From an uncultured Candidatus Rokubacteria bacterium (lineage in GTDB: Bacteria > Methylomirabilota > Methylomirabilia > Rokubacteriales > CSP1-6): a DNA stretch of 64,000 nucleotides. The position numbers and the translations under genes are program-made. The stretch is taken from assembly GCA_963762145.1 (NCBI GenBank), contig CAVXJS010000009.1, positions 822,410-886,409 on the forward strand, written 5' to 3'. Positions within the stretch are counted from its first letter, which is position 1; each line of letters begins with the position of its first letter. The notes beneath the pieces are model-generated. The model did not search any database, was not told where the DNA came from, and saw only the letters and a list, made by a program, of their open reading frames with translations. Below are positions 48,071 to 59,912 of this stretch, piece after piece.

Positions 48071-48247
48071 TTATCAACAAATAGGTCGTTTGAGACGGGG
48101 TCGAACTCAAGGCTGAGTCTAGCACCCTGATTTTTTCGCAACAAGGAAATCGCAGGCTTTTCGGGAAGATGGAGAGCACGCGGGACGGCCGGTTGGGATC
48201 TCCAGGAGGGCCCGCGCGAGCGGTCGGCAAAACGGGCGCGATTTCGG

Positions 48248-48811
48248 TCAGTTAGGGTGACTCGACCCCGGCCCGGAGCGCGGTGGCGTGATGCGGTCGC
48301 GGTAGAGCTGCATCGCGTCGCGGATCACCTCCTCGGCGGCGGAGCGGCCCCGGATGCGGTCGACGTCCACCGCCTTGTTCTCGAGGACCTTGTAGTCGAG
48401 GAAGAAACGCTGGATCTCCTTCAAGCGGTGGGGAGGCAGCTCCCCGATCTCCCGATAGTGGGCATACTCGGGGTCGTCCACGTGGACCGCGATGATCTTG
48501 TCGTCCTGCCCCTTGTCGTCGCTCATGGTGAGGACCCCGATGGCCCGGGCCCGGAGGACGCAGAGGGGCACGACCGGCTCCTGGCCGAGAACGAGCACGT
48601 CGAGCGGGTCGCCGTCGTCACAATAGGTCCGCGGCAGGAACCCATAGTTGGCAGGATAGTGGACGGCCGAGTGAAGCACGCGGTCGAGCCAGAGCAGGCC
48701 GGTCTGCTTGTCCAGCTCGTACTTCACCTTGGAGCCCTTCGGGATCTCGATGACGCAGCGAAAGTCGCGCGTGATGTCAGGGCCGAGGTCCACGTCGTGC
48801 CAGGCGTTCAC
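48248..48811 (-). CDS. ppa: Inorganic pyrophosphatase family I
   Basis: [29 protein letters not shown]. Confidence 0.95.
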   Translation of the reverse strand: MNAWHDVDLGPDITRDFRCVIEIPKGSKVKYELDKQTGLLWLDRVLHSAVHYPANYGFLPRTYCDDGDPLDVLVLGQEPVVPLCVLRARAIGVLTMSDDKGQDDKIIAVHVDDPEYAHYREIGELPPHRLKEIQRFFLDYKVLENKAVDVDRIRGRSAAEEVIRDAMQLYRDRITPPRSGPGSSHPN

Positions 48812-48846
48812 GGCCCGAGTATAGCGCCGCGGTCCGGGGATAGGAC

Positions 48847-49046
48847 TTGACAGGCTTTTGGCACTCGGCTAGTCTGCGGGCAGGTTACAGGTCACTCGGT
48901 AGTCGGATGCAGAAGCTCGATACCAACGCCGCGAGGACCTCAAGTCCGCGTGGCGTTTTTGTTTGCCCTCCGATCCAGGAGGGCACCCCCGTCATGGTGA
49001 CGGGGAATCACCGAGGCGTGTAGCGCCTCACGAAAGAGGACAGTAG
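48847..49046 (+). promoter_or_regulatory. Sigma-70 promoter and structured 5' leader of csp-1
   Basis: TTGACA (48847) -17- TAGTCT; serial hairpins with an internal U-tract. Confidence 0.7.
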
Positions 49047-49247
49047 ATGGCTCAGGGCAACGTGAAGTGGTTCAACGACGCGAAGGGGTACGGTTTCATT
49101 TCCCAGGAGGATGGCGAGGACGTGTTCGTGCATTTCAGCGCCATTCAGGCCCAAGGCTTCAAGAGCCTGGCTGAGGGCGATCGAGTTGAGTTCGAGGTCA
49201 CCCGGGGGCCGAAGGGTCTCCAGGCCGCGAACGTCCGCAAGGTCTAG
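49047..49247 (+). CDS. csp: Cold-shock protein
   Basis: [22 protein letters not shown]. Confidence 0.97.
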   Translation: MAQGNVKWFNDAKGYGFISQEDGEDVFVHFSAIQAQGFKSLAEGDRVEFEVTRGPKGLQAANVRKV

Positions 49248-49305
49248 CGCCGCACCCCCGGGCCCCGGATCCCTCCGGGGCCCGGTTCCCCCCTCCAGAA
49301 CGGCC

Positions 49306-49533
49306 TTGACAGTGCTTCCGCCCGTTTGCTAACCTGCGCGCGATTTCAGGACCCTGAAGTGTTGTTCTCTCGTACGTGAACGAAACTCGGCTCCAGGGAA
49401 CGGTGGCGCCATGAGGACCTCAGTCCTCAGTGGCGCTTTTTTTGTTCCCCCGCTTCCGGGGGGAAACCCCAGCCATGGTGGCGCGGGGCCTAGCGGGCGG
49501 TCCATCCCCGCCCAAGAGAGAGGGAACAGACGT
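49306..49533 (+). promoter_or_regulatory. Sigma-70 promoter and structured 5' leader of csp-2
   Basis: TTGACA (49306) -18- TAACCT with TG extension; same hairpin series as the csp-1 leader. Confidence 0.7.
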
Positions 49534-49737
49534 ATGGCACAGGGCACGGTCAAGTGGTTCAACGACGCAAAAGGGTACGGGTTCATCCAGGTCGAGGGCG
49601 GAGAGGATGTCTTCGTCCACTACAGCGCCATCCAGGCCCAGGGCTTCAAGAGCTTGGCCGAGGGCGACAAGGTCGAGTTCGAAGTGACGAAGGGGCCCAA
49701 GGGCCTTCAGGCTTCCAACGTTCGGAAGTCGGCGTAA
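49534..49737 (+). CDS. csp: Cold-shock protein
   Basis: [22 protein letters not shown]. Confidence 0.97.
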   Translation: MAQGTVKWFNDAKGYGFIQVEGGEDVFVHYSAIQAQGFKSLAEGDKVEFEVTKGPKGLQASNVRKSA

Positions 49738-49755
49738 GCGTCGACGACCACTTGG

Positions 49756-49793
49756 CGGCCCGCCGGGGAGGATCCGGCGGGCCGTTTCTTTTT
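49756..49793 (+). terminator. Intrinsic terminator of csp-2
   Basis: CGGCCCGCCGG-loop-CCGGCGGGCCG followed by TTTCTTTTT. Confidence 0.8.
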
Positions 49794-49809
49794 CCCCGCC
49801 GTCCGGCCG

Positions 49810-50148
49810 AAAAAAAATAGCCCCGACGGACGCTGCGGCGGCAGTGCTTCTGCTGCCAGCCGCCCCGCTGGTGAAAAGCGGGTCCGTCGGGGCCGGTGGT
49901 TCCTGGGTCCTCCAGGGCCACCTGCAACTGCTACTTCAGGGCCTTAGGAGGTGACCACCTCACAGATCACCGTAGGGGTACACATCGGCTGGATCACCTC
50001 CCTTTCTCGGCGCGGCCCATCTTGGGCCCAGGACCCGCTCACCTCGCTCCGGACGCCGACTCCCGGCGGGAGGCTCGGTCACGTTGCTTCCGGCGAAATT
50101 GCCGGAGAGGAACGCTCAAAGGAGCCTGTGTTTGCTCCGACCGATTTC
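49810..50148 (-). ncRNA. Candidate structured RNA (~340 nt) with a core antisense to the 16S rRNA 3' end
   Basis: TTTCCC-17-TACGAT promoter-like site (50183-50155), multiple hairpins, closing stem GCCCCGACGG/CCGTCGGGGC plus U-tract, compensatory changes versus the 52.4-52.7 kb copy. Confidence 0.6.
49944..49985 (-). CDS. Candidate micro-ORF MCTPTVICEVVTS
   Basis: ATG follows AGAAAGGGAGGTGATCCAGCCG; identical at 52561-52602. Confidence 0.3.
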   Translation of the reverse strand: MCTPTVICEVVTS

Positions 50149-50190
50149 GGGGTCATCGTACATGAGGCCGACTCGGCGGGAAAGTATTTT

Positions 50191-50489
50191 TCACTTCACG
50201 ACGATCCGCCCCGCGTTCTTCTCGATCACGCCCTTGCCGACACCGTCGACCTTCTCCAGATCCTGCGCCTTCTTGAACGGCCCGTGGGCATCCCGGTAGT
50301 CGATGATCTTCTGCGCCCCACCCGGGCCTACGCCCGCGAGCTTCATGAGCTCCGCCTTCGTCGCCTCGTTGATGTTGACCCGGCCGTCCGCGGCCTTGGC
50401 CTTGGCGGGCTTGTCGTCCGCCACCACCGCGCCCCGCCGAGGCACCACATCGCCAGCACCAGCGCTCCCAGCCATCGCGTCGTCTTCAT
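50191..50489 (-). CDS. comEA: ComEA-like helix-hairpin-helix secreted protein (one indel)
   Basis: Signal peptide; VNINEATKAELMKLAGVG..AQKIIDYR..GPFK..DLEKVDGVG. Confidence 0.85.
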
Positions 50490-51186
50490 CTCCCGGTCTC
50501 CTCTGAAGTTGAGATGAGCTGCTGACGCGATTCCACGTCGAGGAGCGCGGGCGGTCAATGCGGACAATCAGGTACAGGTGCAGAAGTATCGGAATGTTGA
50601 CGATGGGCACATAGCACAATGCGGCAGATCGCAGCACCACATGCAACCCAGGCGCAACCACGACGACGCTGCGTTCCAGACGCCCCCCCGCCCTCGACCG
50701 ATCGAGGTCACCAGGAGATCCTATCTTCTTGGACTGCCCGGGCGTTGGCCACCTTGCTCCTCGGTCCCCTCGCCCTCCCAAAGGCACCGGGCCAGATCAA
50801 ACGGAAAATTTCGCGGCGCGGCGGCAAAAGGGCGGGGCGAGTGCGTAGTCCGGGGCTGCCCTGTGTGGATCTGAGGGCGCGCAAAGGATGCCAGCCCATG
50901 CGGGATAGGATGGCTGACAGCCCGAGAGCTCCGTAGCGCTGGCCTGCGGGGCCCAACGGGCGCCTTCAACGCTCAACGCTTGAGACCAGGGAACCTCTTT
51001 CCGCCGCGACAACGTTCTGGGCCCCTTCTCGCACCAAACAAGGGGACCCAGAAATTCCGCGCGACGCAGGACAAAAGGCCGCCCGTGGTTGGTTCGGGGA
51101 GCCTTGACCCCCAGCGGGTCTGCGGCTAAGGTCGGCCCACGGTTCACGAGCGAAGCTGGCCCGGCTCCCCAATTGGAGGCCCCCGC

Positions 51187-51386
51187 ATGCCGTGTCCCCG
51201 GTGCCAGCACAAGAATCCCGCACAAGCCAAGTTCTGCCTGGAATGCGGGGCGCGTCTGGCGTTGATCTGCACAAAGTGACCGGTTTGCGGGGCGGTGAAC
51301 CGGGCACTCGACGCCAGACGCGCCCCGCATTCCAGGCAGAACTTGGCTTGTGCGGGATTCTTGTGCTGGCACCGGGGACACGGCAT
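51187..51386. pseudogene. Two converging copies of the first ~25 codons of a double-zinc-ribbon protein, truncated at the fold-back centre
   Basis: MPCPRCQHKNPAQAKFCLECGARL starts at 51187 (+) and 51386 (-). Confidence 0.75.
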
Positions 51387-52059
51387 GCGGGGGCCTCCAA
51401 TTGGGGAGCCGGGCCGGCTTCCGGCTCATTGAACCGTGGGCCGACCTTAGCCGCAGACCCGCTGGGGGTCAAGGCTCCCCGAACCAACCACGGGCGGAGC
51501 TTTTGGCTGCGTACGCGGAAATTCTGGGTCCCCTTGTTTGGTACAGGAAGGGGCCCAGAACATTTCTAGCGGCGGAAAGAGGAGCCCTCATTCAAGCGTT
51601 GAGCCTTGAAGGCGCCCATTGGGCCCCGCAGGCCAGCGCTACGGAGCTCTCGGGCTGTCAGCGGGGGGATCCCGCATGGGCTGGCATCCCTTGCGCGCCC
51701 TCAGATCCACACAGGGCAGCCCCAGATACGCACTCGCCCCGCCGTTTTCCCGCCCGCGCCGCGAAATTTTGCTTTAGATCGGGCCCGGGGGCCTTGGGGG
51801 GAGGGGGAGTGGCCCCGCCCGGGCAGTCCAAGAAGATAGGATTCCTGGTGACCTCGATCGGTCGAGCGGTGGGGGTCGGAACGCAGCGCCTAGTGGTTGC
51901 GCCTGGGTTGCATAATGCAGTCTCGGACTTGTGCAATGTGCCCATCGTACGTTCCCCAATACTCTGTACCTGTACCTGATTGTCCGCATTGGACCGCCCG
52001 CGCCCCAGGGCGTGGAATCGCGTGAGCAGCTCATCTCAATTCCAGGAGGCGAAGCGGCG

Positions 52060-52359
52060 ATGAAGACGACGCGGTGGCTGGGAGCGCTGGTGTTGGCCGT
52101 GTGGTGTCTGAGCGGTGGCGCGGGGCGGACGACAAGCCGACCAAGGTCAAGGCGGAGGGCAAGGAGAGCAAGGTCAACCTCAACGAGGCGTCGAAGGCGG
52201 AGCTGATGAAGCTCGAAGGGGTCGGGGCGGGGGGGGCGGAAGATCATCGCTTACCGCGAAGCGCACGGGCCGTTCAAGCGCGTCCAGGACCTGGAGAAGG
52301 TCGAGAAGGTCGGCAAGATGGTGATCGAGAAAAACGCCGGCAGGCTCGCGGTCAAGTGA
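52060..52359 (+). CDS. comEA: ComEA-like protein, mirrored copy (frameshifts)
   Basis: MKTTRWLGAL..VNLNEASKAELMKLEGVG. Confidence 0.7.
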
Positions 52360-52397
52360 AAAATGCTTTCCCGCCGGTGCCGTCATGTACGATGGCG

Positions 52398-52732
52398 AAC
52401 AAATCGGTCGGAGCGCACACAGGCTCTCTTGGCGCCTCTCCGGCAATTCCGCCGGTGAATACGTGACCGAGCCTCAGGCCGGGAGTCGGCGTCCGGTGTG
52501 AGGTGATGGGACCTGGGCCCCAGAACCGGGCCTCGCCGAGAAAGGGAGGTGATCCAGCCGATGTGTACCCCTACGGTGATCTGTGAGGTGGTCACCTCCT
52601 AAGGCCCCGAAGTTGAAGTTGCAGGTGGCCCTGGAGGACCCAGGAACCACCGGCCCCGACGGTCCCGCTCTTTCACCAGCGGGGCGGCTGAAGTAGGAAC
52701 GAACAGCCGCAAGTACCGTCGGGGCTTTTTTT
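52398..52732 (+). ncRNA. Second, diverged copy of the candidate anti-16S structured RNA
   Basis: Invariant core ~52534-52607, same stems, U8 tract. Confidence 0.55.
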
Positions 52733-52844
52733 TGGAGATGCTCGCGCGAGGGAACGCCGGAAGCGACTTCTCGCCGGCGCGAGTTCCAACAAAATAAAAC
52801 GGCCCGCCGAGACGCCTCGGCGGGCCGTATCTGGTTCGGGTTCG

Positions 52845-53046
52845 CTACATCGCTTTCCGGACGTTGGACGCCTGCAGGCCTTTCGGGCCCTTCGTCACCT
52901 CGAACTCCACCTTGTCGCCCTCAGCAAGGCTCTTGAAACCCTGAGCCTGGATGGCGCTGTAGTGAACGAACACATCCTCGCCGCCCTCGACCTGGATGAA
53001 TCCGTAGCCTTCGCGTCGTTGAACCACTTGACCGTGCTTGTGCCAT
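52845..53046 (-). CDS. csp: Cold-shock protein, mirrored copy (frameshifts)
   Basis: [24 protein letters not shown]. Confidence 0.8.
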
Positions 53047-53333
53047 ACCTCTGTTTCCTCTCTCCTTGGGCGGAGCTGACCCGCCCGCGTGATCCCCGAG
53101 CCACCATGGCCGGGGTGCCCCCCCGGAGCGGGGGGAACAAAAAAAGCGCCGGTGAGGACCGTGGTCCTCTCGGCGCTCCTTCCCTAAGTGCTCGAGTCTC
53201 TTTCACGTACGAGGAACGACACTTCAGGGCCCGAAATCGCGCGGAGGTTAGCAAGCGCGCGGAAGCACTGTCAAGGCCGTTCTCGCCGGGAACCGGGCCC
53301 CGGGACAGTGAGCAGGCGCCCCGGGGGACGCGC

Positions 53334-53533
53334 TTAGGCCTTCCGGACGTTCGCAGCCTGGAGACCCTTCGGTCCCCTGGTGACCTCGAACTCAACTTGT
53401 CACCCTCGGCCAGGCTCTTGAAGCCCTGGGCCTGGATGGCGCTGAAATGCACGAACACGTCCTCGCCACCCTCCTGGGAGATGAACCCGAATCCCTTCGC
53501 GTCGTTGAACCACTTCACGGTGCCTTGAGCCAT
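53334..53533 (-). CDS. csp: Cold-shock protein, mirrored copy (one indel)
   Basis: [30 protein letters not shown]. Confidence 0.8.
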
Positions 53534-53767
53534 TGACCGTACCTCTTTCTTCTGAGGCTCATCGCCTCGGTGATCCCCGCCACCATGGCGAGGGCCCTCC
53601 GGGATCGGAGGACAAACAAAAACGCCGCGGGACCTGTGGTCCTCGCGGCGTTGGTACCGCGCTTCTCAAGCGGACTACCGCGTACCTACATCCTGCCGAG
53701 ACGAGCCGGTGCCGAATACTTTTAATTTTGGGGGGTTTTTTTGGGGGGGGGGAAAAAAAAAAAAAAA

Positions 53768-54208
53768 ACCTGGCACGACGTGGCCCTAAGTCCAGACGAC
53801 CTGGCACGAGTGGTTCCCGGCGTCATCGAGATCCCGATGGGCTCCAAGGTGAAGTACGAGCTCGACAAGCCGACCGGGCTGCTCAAGGTCGACCGCGTGC
53901 TTTACAGGGCCGTCCACTACCCGGCCAACTACGGTTCATGCCGCGGACCTATTGCCACGACGACGACCCGCTCGACGTGCTCGTGCTCATGCAGGAGCCG
54001 GTGTGCCCTCTGCGTCCTGCGGGCCCGGGCCATCGGCGTCATGCGCATGCTCGACAACAAGGCCGAGGACGACAAGATCATCGCCGTCCACATCGACGAC
54101 CCGGACTACCACGACTACCGCCACATCGACGAGCTGCCGCCCCACCGCTTGCGCGAGCTGCAGCGTTTCTTCATGGACTACAAGGTGCTGGAAGGCAAGG
54201 AGGTGGAA
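53768..54208 (+). pseudogene. ppa: Inorganic pyrophosphatase, mirrored copy flanked by homopolymer runs
   Basis: [26 protein letters not shown]. Confidence 0.75.
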
Positions 54209-54210
54209 TA

Positions 54211-54289
<79 letters not shown>

Positions 54290-54408
54290 TGTATTCCGGG
54301 CCGAAACACCGAACCCCGCGAAAGATCACCGCAAATTTAGGCGGCCATGCCCGGCGGGCGGTCCCCATGATCCCTACTGGCTTTTCAGGGTGACGTCCAT
54401 CTTCCTGA

Positions 54409-55539
<1,131 letters not shown>

Positions 55540-55587
55540 CTTGCAGGCGGGGAGGAGAGGCCGGTCGGCCGTCAGGGGGCCGGGGCG

Positions 55588-56428
55588 GTGAGATTTCGGA
55601 AGTACGCGCTGCTGGTGCTGGTGCTGGCGGTGTGCCTGCTCATGCTCACTGTGCAGACGCGCGGTGGCGGCCCCGGCCGTCTGACCGACGCGCTGTCCCT
55701 GCTGACCACGCCCTTCCAGATCGCGCTCGTGAAGGTCCACCGCGGCGCCACGTCCATCTGGACGGAGTACGTCGACTGGAAGTCCGCCCGTCGGGAGAAC
55801 TCCTCGCTCCGCGGTCGACAACGAGCACCTGCGCCTGCAGTCGATGCAGGTCCAGGAGACGCGGCAGGAGAACGCGCGGCTGCGCTCGCTCCTCGCGCTG
55901 CGCGAGCGGCTGCCGCTGAAGACGCTGCCCGGTGAGGTGATCGGGCGCGAAAGCGGCGGCTGGACGCGGTCGGTCACCGTCAACCGCGGCGTCGGCGACG
56001 GCGTGGCGACCCAGACGCCGGTGGTGGTGCCCGACGGCCTCGTCGGCCGCGTCGTCCGGGTGCGGCCGGGCAACTCCGTGGTCCAGCTGCTCAACGACCC
56101 CGCGTCCACCGTGGGCGCGATCGCCCAGCGCACGCGCACCGCCGGGCTGGTGGAGGGCGATCCGGGCGGCGCACTCCGCTTCAAGTTCATGGCTCGCGAC
56201 GGCGCGAACATCGGGCCGGGCGATCTGATCGTGACGTCGGGCCAGGGCAACATCTTTCCCAAGGGCCTGCCGGTGGGCCGCGTGACCGCGATCGAGGACA
56301 AGGGCTCGGCGCTGTTCCACTTCGCGGTGCTCGCGCCCGTGGTGGACTTCGCCCGGCTGGAGGAAGTGCTGCTCCTCACCGGCCAGACCGCGCAGGACCT
56401 GGCCGCGGCGTTCGCGACCGACGGATAG
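55588..56428 (+). CDS. mreC: MreC, mirrored diverged copy (one frameshift)
   Basis: GDLIVTSGQGNIFPKGLPVGRV. Confidence 0.8.
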
Positions 56429-56481
56429 CTGTCCTCGCCGCGCCCGCTCCTACTCCCGGACACCGCGGTCTCGTACCGGAT

Positions 56482-56968
56482 ATGGCTCACGCTGCTCGCG
56501 ATGGCGCTCGGGGGCAGCGTCGCCCAGGCCAGCGTCGTGTCCGCGTTCACCGTGAGCGGCGCCACGCCGGACCTGCCGATCATCCTCACCCTGTTCTGGG
56601 CGCTACGGCGCGGGCCGGAGGCGGGATGCCTCGCCGGCTTCCTCGCCGGGCTGTTCCACGACGTCGCCGGCGGAGGGCTGGTCGGCGTGCAGGCGCTGAC
56701 AAAAGCGCTCGTCGGCTTCGGTCTCGGCGTCGCCGGCGGGCCGGTGGCGGGGCGAGAACCCGCTGGTCCAGGTGCCGGCGCTCGTCCTCGTGACGATCGG
56801 CGAGGGCCTGTGCGCTGGGCCCTGCTCCAGCTCTTCCACTACCCGGCGCCGCTGACGTCGCTGCTCGCAGGTGATCCTGCCCCAGGCGCTCTACAACGGC
56901 GTCCTCGGCGCCGCTGGCCTCCTCGGCTGAGGCCGGCTCGAGGTGCTGCGGGCCGTTCGTGGCGGTGA
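56482..56968 (+). CDS. mreD: MreD, mirrored diverged copy (frameshifts)
   Basis: TPDLPIIL..GFLAGLFHD. Confidence 0.7.
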
Positions 56969-56972
56969 CGGG

Positions 56973-58773
56973 ATGCAGCTGACCCACGCCCCGCGCGGCC
57001 GGCAGGACCCTGGACGCGGCGCGTCCTCGGCCTCGCCGCGGTCGCCGCGATCGGCTTCGTGTGCCTGCTCGGCCAGCTCTGGTACCTCCAGGTGCTCGAG
57101 GGCGGCCGGCTGCGCGAGATGTCCGACAAGAACCGCACGCGGATCCGCCCGGTGGCGGCGCCGCGCGGCATCCTCTACGACCGGAACGGCCTGGCCCTCG
57201 TCGACAACCGCCCCGCGTTCACGCTCTCGTTCATCCCGCGCGACATGGAGGACCGGAACACCGTGCTCGCGCGCGTCGCGGTCTTGCTGAAGATCCCGCT
57301 CACCGAGCTCCAGGACGCGCTCGCGAGCGTCCCCGCCGACTCGCTCCGCCCGGTGCGCGTGCGCCGCGGGCTGTCCCTCGAGGACGTCGCCAGGATCGAG
57401 GAGCGGAAGATCGAGCTGCCCGGCGTGGTCGTCGAGGTCGAGCCCCAGCGGGTGTATCCGACGAACAGCTTCGCCGCGCACCTGCTGGGCTACGTGCGGG
57501 AGGTGAGCGAGGAGCAGACGACGCCGGGCCGCTACCGCCGCGGCGACATGGTCGGGCAGACCGGCCTCGAGCGCGTGCTCGACGAGTACCTGCGCGGCCG
57601 CGACGGCGGCGAGCGCATCGAGGTGGACGCCCTCGGCCGCCCGGTGCAGGTGATCCAGCGCGAGGAGGCCCGTCCCGGCGGCCAGGTGATCACGACGATC
57701 GACCGGCGCATGCAGGAGGCGGCGGAGCGGGCGATGGCCGGCAAGGCCGGCTCGGTGGTGGTGATGGATCCGCGCAACGGCGACGTGCTCGCGCTGACCT
57801 CGAGCCCCGCCTTCCCGCTCGATCGGCTCACCGGGAACCTGGACCGGGAGGAGTGGGTCGGCTCATGCGCGATCCCATGTCCCCGCTCATGAACCGCGCG
57901 CTCCAGGGCCTGTACCCGCCCGCGTCGGTCTTCAAGATCATCGTCGCGGCCGCCGGGCTCCAGGAAGGCTCGCTGACGCCGATGGATACGTCTACTGCAA
58001 CGGCGAGTTCACCCTGGGCAACTGGACGTTCAAGGACTGGAAGCCGGGCGGGCACGGACACGTGAACCTGCACCCGTCGATCGCGCAGTCGTGCGACATC
58101 TTCTTCTACCAGGCCGGGCTCAAGGTGGGTCGGCGACATGATGGCGAAGTACGCGCAGGCCTTCGGCCTGGGGTCGCCCACCGGCATCGACCTGGGGGGC
58201 GAGCGCTTCGGGCTGGTGCCTCTCGCCGGGCCAGCGCCCGCGCGCCAAGCGCTGGCTGCCCGGCGACACCGTGAACATGTCGATCGGGCAGGGGCAGCTC
58301 CTGGTGACGCCGCTCCAGATCGCGCGGATGATGGCCGCGGTGGCCAACGGCGGCGTCATGTGGAAGCCGCGGCTGGTCCAGCGGGTCGAGCGCGCGGACG
58401 GCACGCTCGCCTACAGCTCGTCGACCAGATGACGGAGCGGGTCGACCTCTCCCCGGTCGTCTGGGGCTTCCTGCGCCACTCGCTGGCCGCGGTGGTCAAG
58501 GACGGGACCGGGGCCCTGGCGCGCGTGCCCGGCGTCGAGATCGCGGGCAAGACCGGAACCGCCCAGACCATCTCGAAGAGCGACTCCTCCAAGGGGCAGG
58601 ACCACGCGTGGTTCGCCTCGTTCGCCCCGGTCGACGACCCCCAGTACGTCGTGGTCGTGCTCGTGGAGCGGGGCGGCAAGGGCGGCCAGGTCGCGGCCCC
58701 GATCGCGAGGCAAATCTACGAAGCCATCTTCCTCCAGAAGGTGGCCCAGGTGACGATCGGCGAGTCCGGCTGA
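56973..58773 (+). CDS. mrdA: PBP2, mirrored copy (frameshifts)
   Basis: APRGILYDRNG, PASVFK, GKTGTAQ. Confidence 0.8.
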
Positions 58774-59861
58774 TGCTGAGGATGGACCGCCGGCTGCTCC
58801 AGAACGTCGATTGGCTGTTGCTGGGCGCCGCGCTGTTCATCATCGCGCTCAGCCTCACCTGTCTCTGGAGCCTCAACCCGGGGCGCGGAATCTCGGCCCT
58901 GATGTGGCGCCAGCTCTCCTGGGTGGGCGTCGGATGATCGGGCTGCTGGTGGTGGTCAGCGTGGACTACCGGACCCTGGTGCGGTTCGCGCCCGTGTTCT
59001 ACGTGATCGGTCTCGGGCTCCTGCTCTCGGTGTTCGTGCTGGGCCGCACCGTCTCGGGCGCGCGGCGCTGGATCCACGTGGGACCGTTGACGGTCCAGCC
59101 TTCGGAGCTCTTCAAGCTGATCTTCATCATCACCCTGGCCTGGGCGCTGACCTCGGCCCGCGGGGAGCGATTGGGCCGGGCGGCCCTGGTGGGCACCTTC
59201 GTGCTCCTGGGCGTGCCGTTCTTCCTGGTGGTGAAGCAGCCGGACCTGGGCACCGCGCTGGTGCTGGTGCCGGTGCTGGGCGCCACCCTGGTGGGCCTCG
59301 GCCTGCGAATGAAGGTCCTGGGGGGGCTCGCGCTGGGGTCGGTGGCGCTCATGCCGCTGGCCTGGTTCGTCCTCAAGCCCTACCAGCGCGACCGGCTCCT
59401 GGTCTATCTCGATCCGTTCCGCGATCCGCTCGGAACGGCCTACAATGTCATTCAGGCGAAGATCGCCATTGGTTCGGGCCAGCTCCTGGGGAAGGGCATC
59501 GGCGGCGCGACGCAAAGCCGGCTGGCCTTTCTCCCCGAGCGGCACACTGATTTCATTTTTGCCGTGTTCGCGGAGATGTGGGGGTTCCTGGGGTGTCTCG
59601 TGCTGATCGTGGCCTACGCGCTCCTGGTGTTGCGGGGTTCGAATCGCAGCCTCCGCGCGGGAGACCCGGGGGCGCATCCTGGCCCTCGGGGTGACGAGCG
59701 TGTTTGCGGTCCAGATCCTGATCAACATCGGCATGGTGACGGGCCTGCTCCCCATCGTGGGGATTCCGCTGCCGCTCATGAGCTACGGCGGATCGTCCAT
59801 GGTGGTCTCCCTGACGGCACTGGGTCTCCTGATCTCGATCCGAATGCGGCAGTTCCACTAA
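58773..59861 (+). CDS. rodA: RodA, mirrored near-identical copy (frameshifts)
   Basis: QPSELFK, FLPERHTDFIF. Confidence 0.8.
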
Positions 59862-59912
59862 CCGCATCATTGCTGGCCGGGTCCCCCGCCGGGACCCGGA
59901 TCGAGGTTGGCC

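Noticed and set aside
49969-50007. 16S rRNA gene or fragment on the plus strand (..CGGCTGGATCACCTCCCTTTCT)
   Set aside because: Similarity covers only ~40 nt, no upstream 16S motifs such as AAGTCGTAACAAGG are present, and the promoter and terminator point to the opposite strand. Treated as an antisense element instead.
49810-50148. tmRNA, SRP RNA, RNase P RNA or 6S RNA
   Set aside because: No tRNA-like ends or Ala-ending tag, no SRP GGAA/AGCAG domain, no GAGGAAAGUCC, and not a single long rod. A formal cmscan is still needed.
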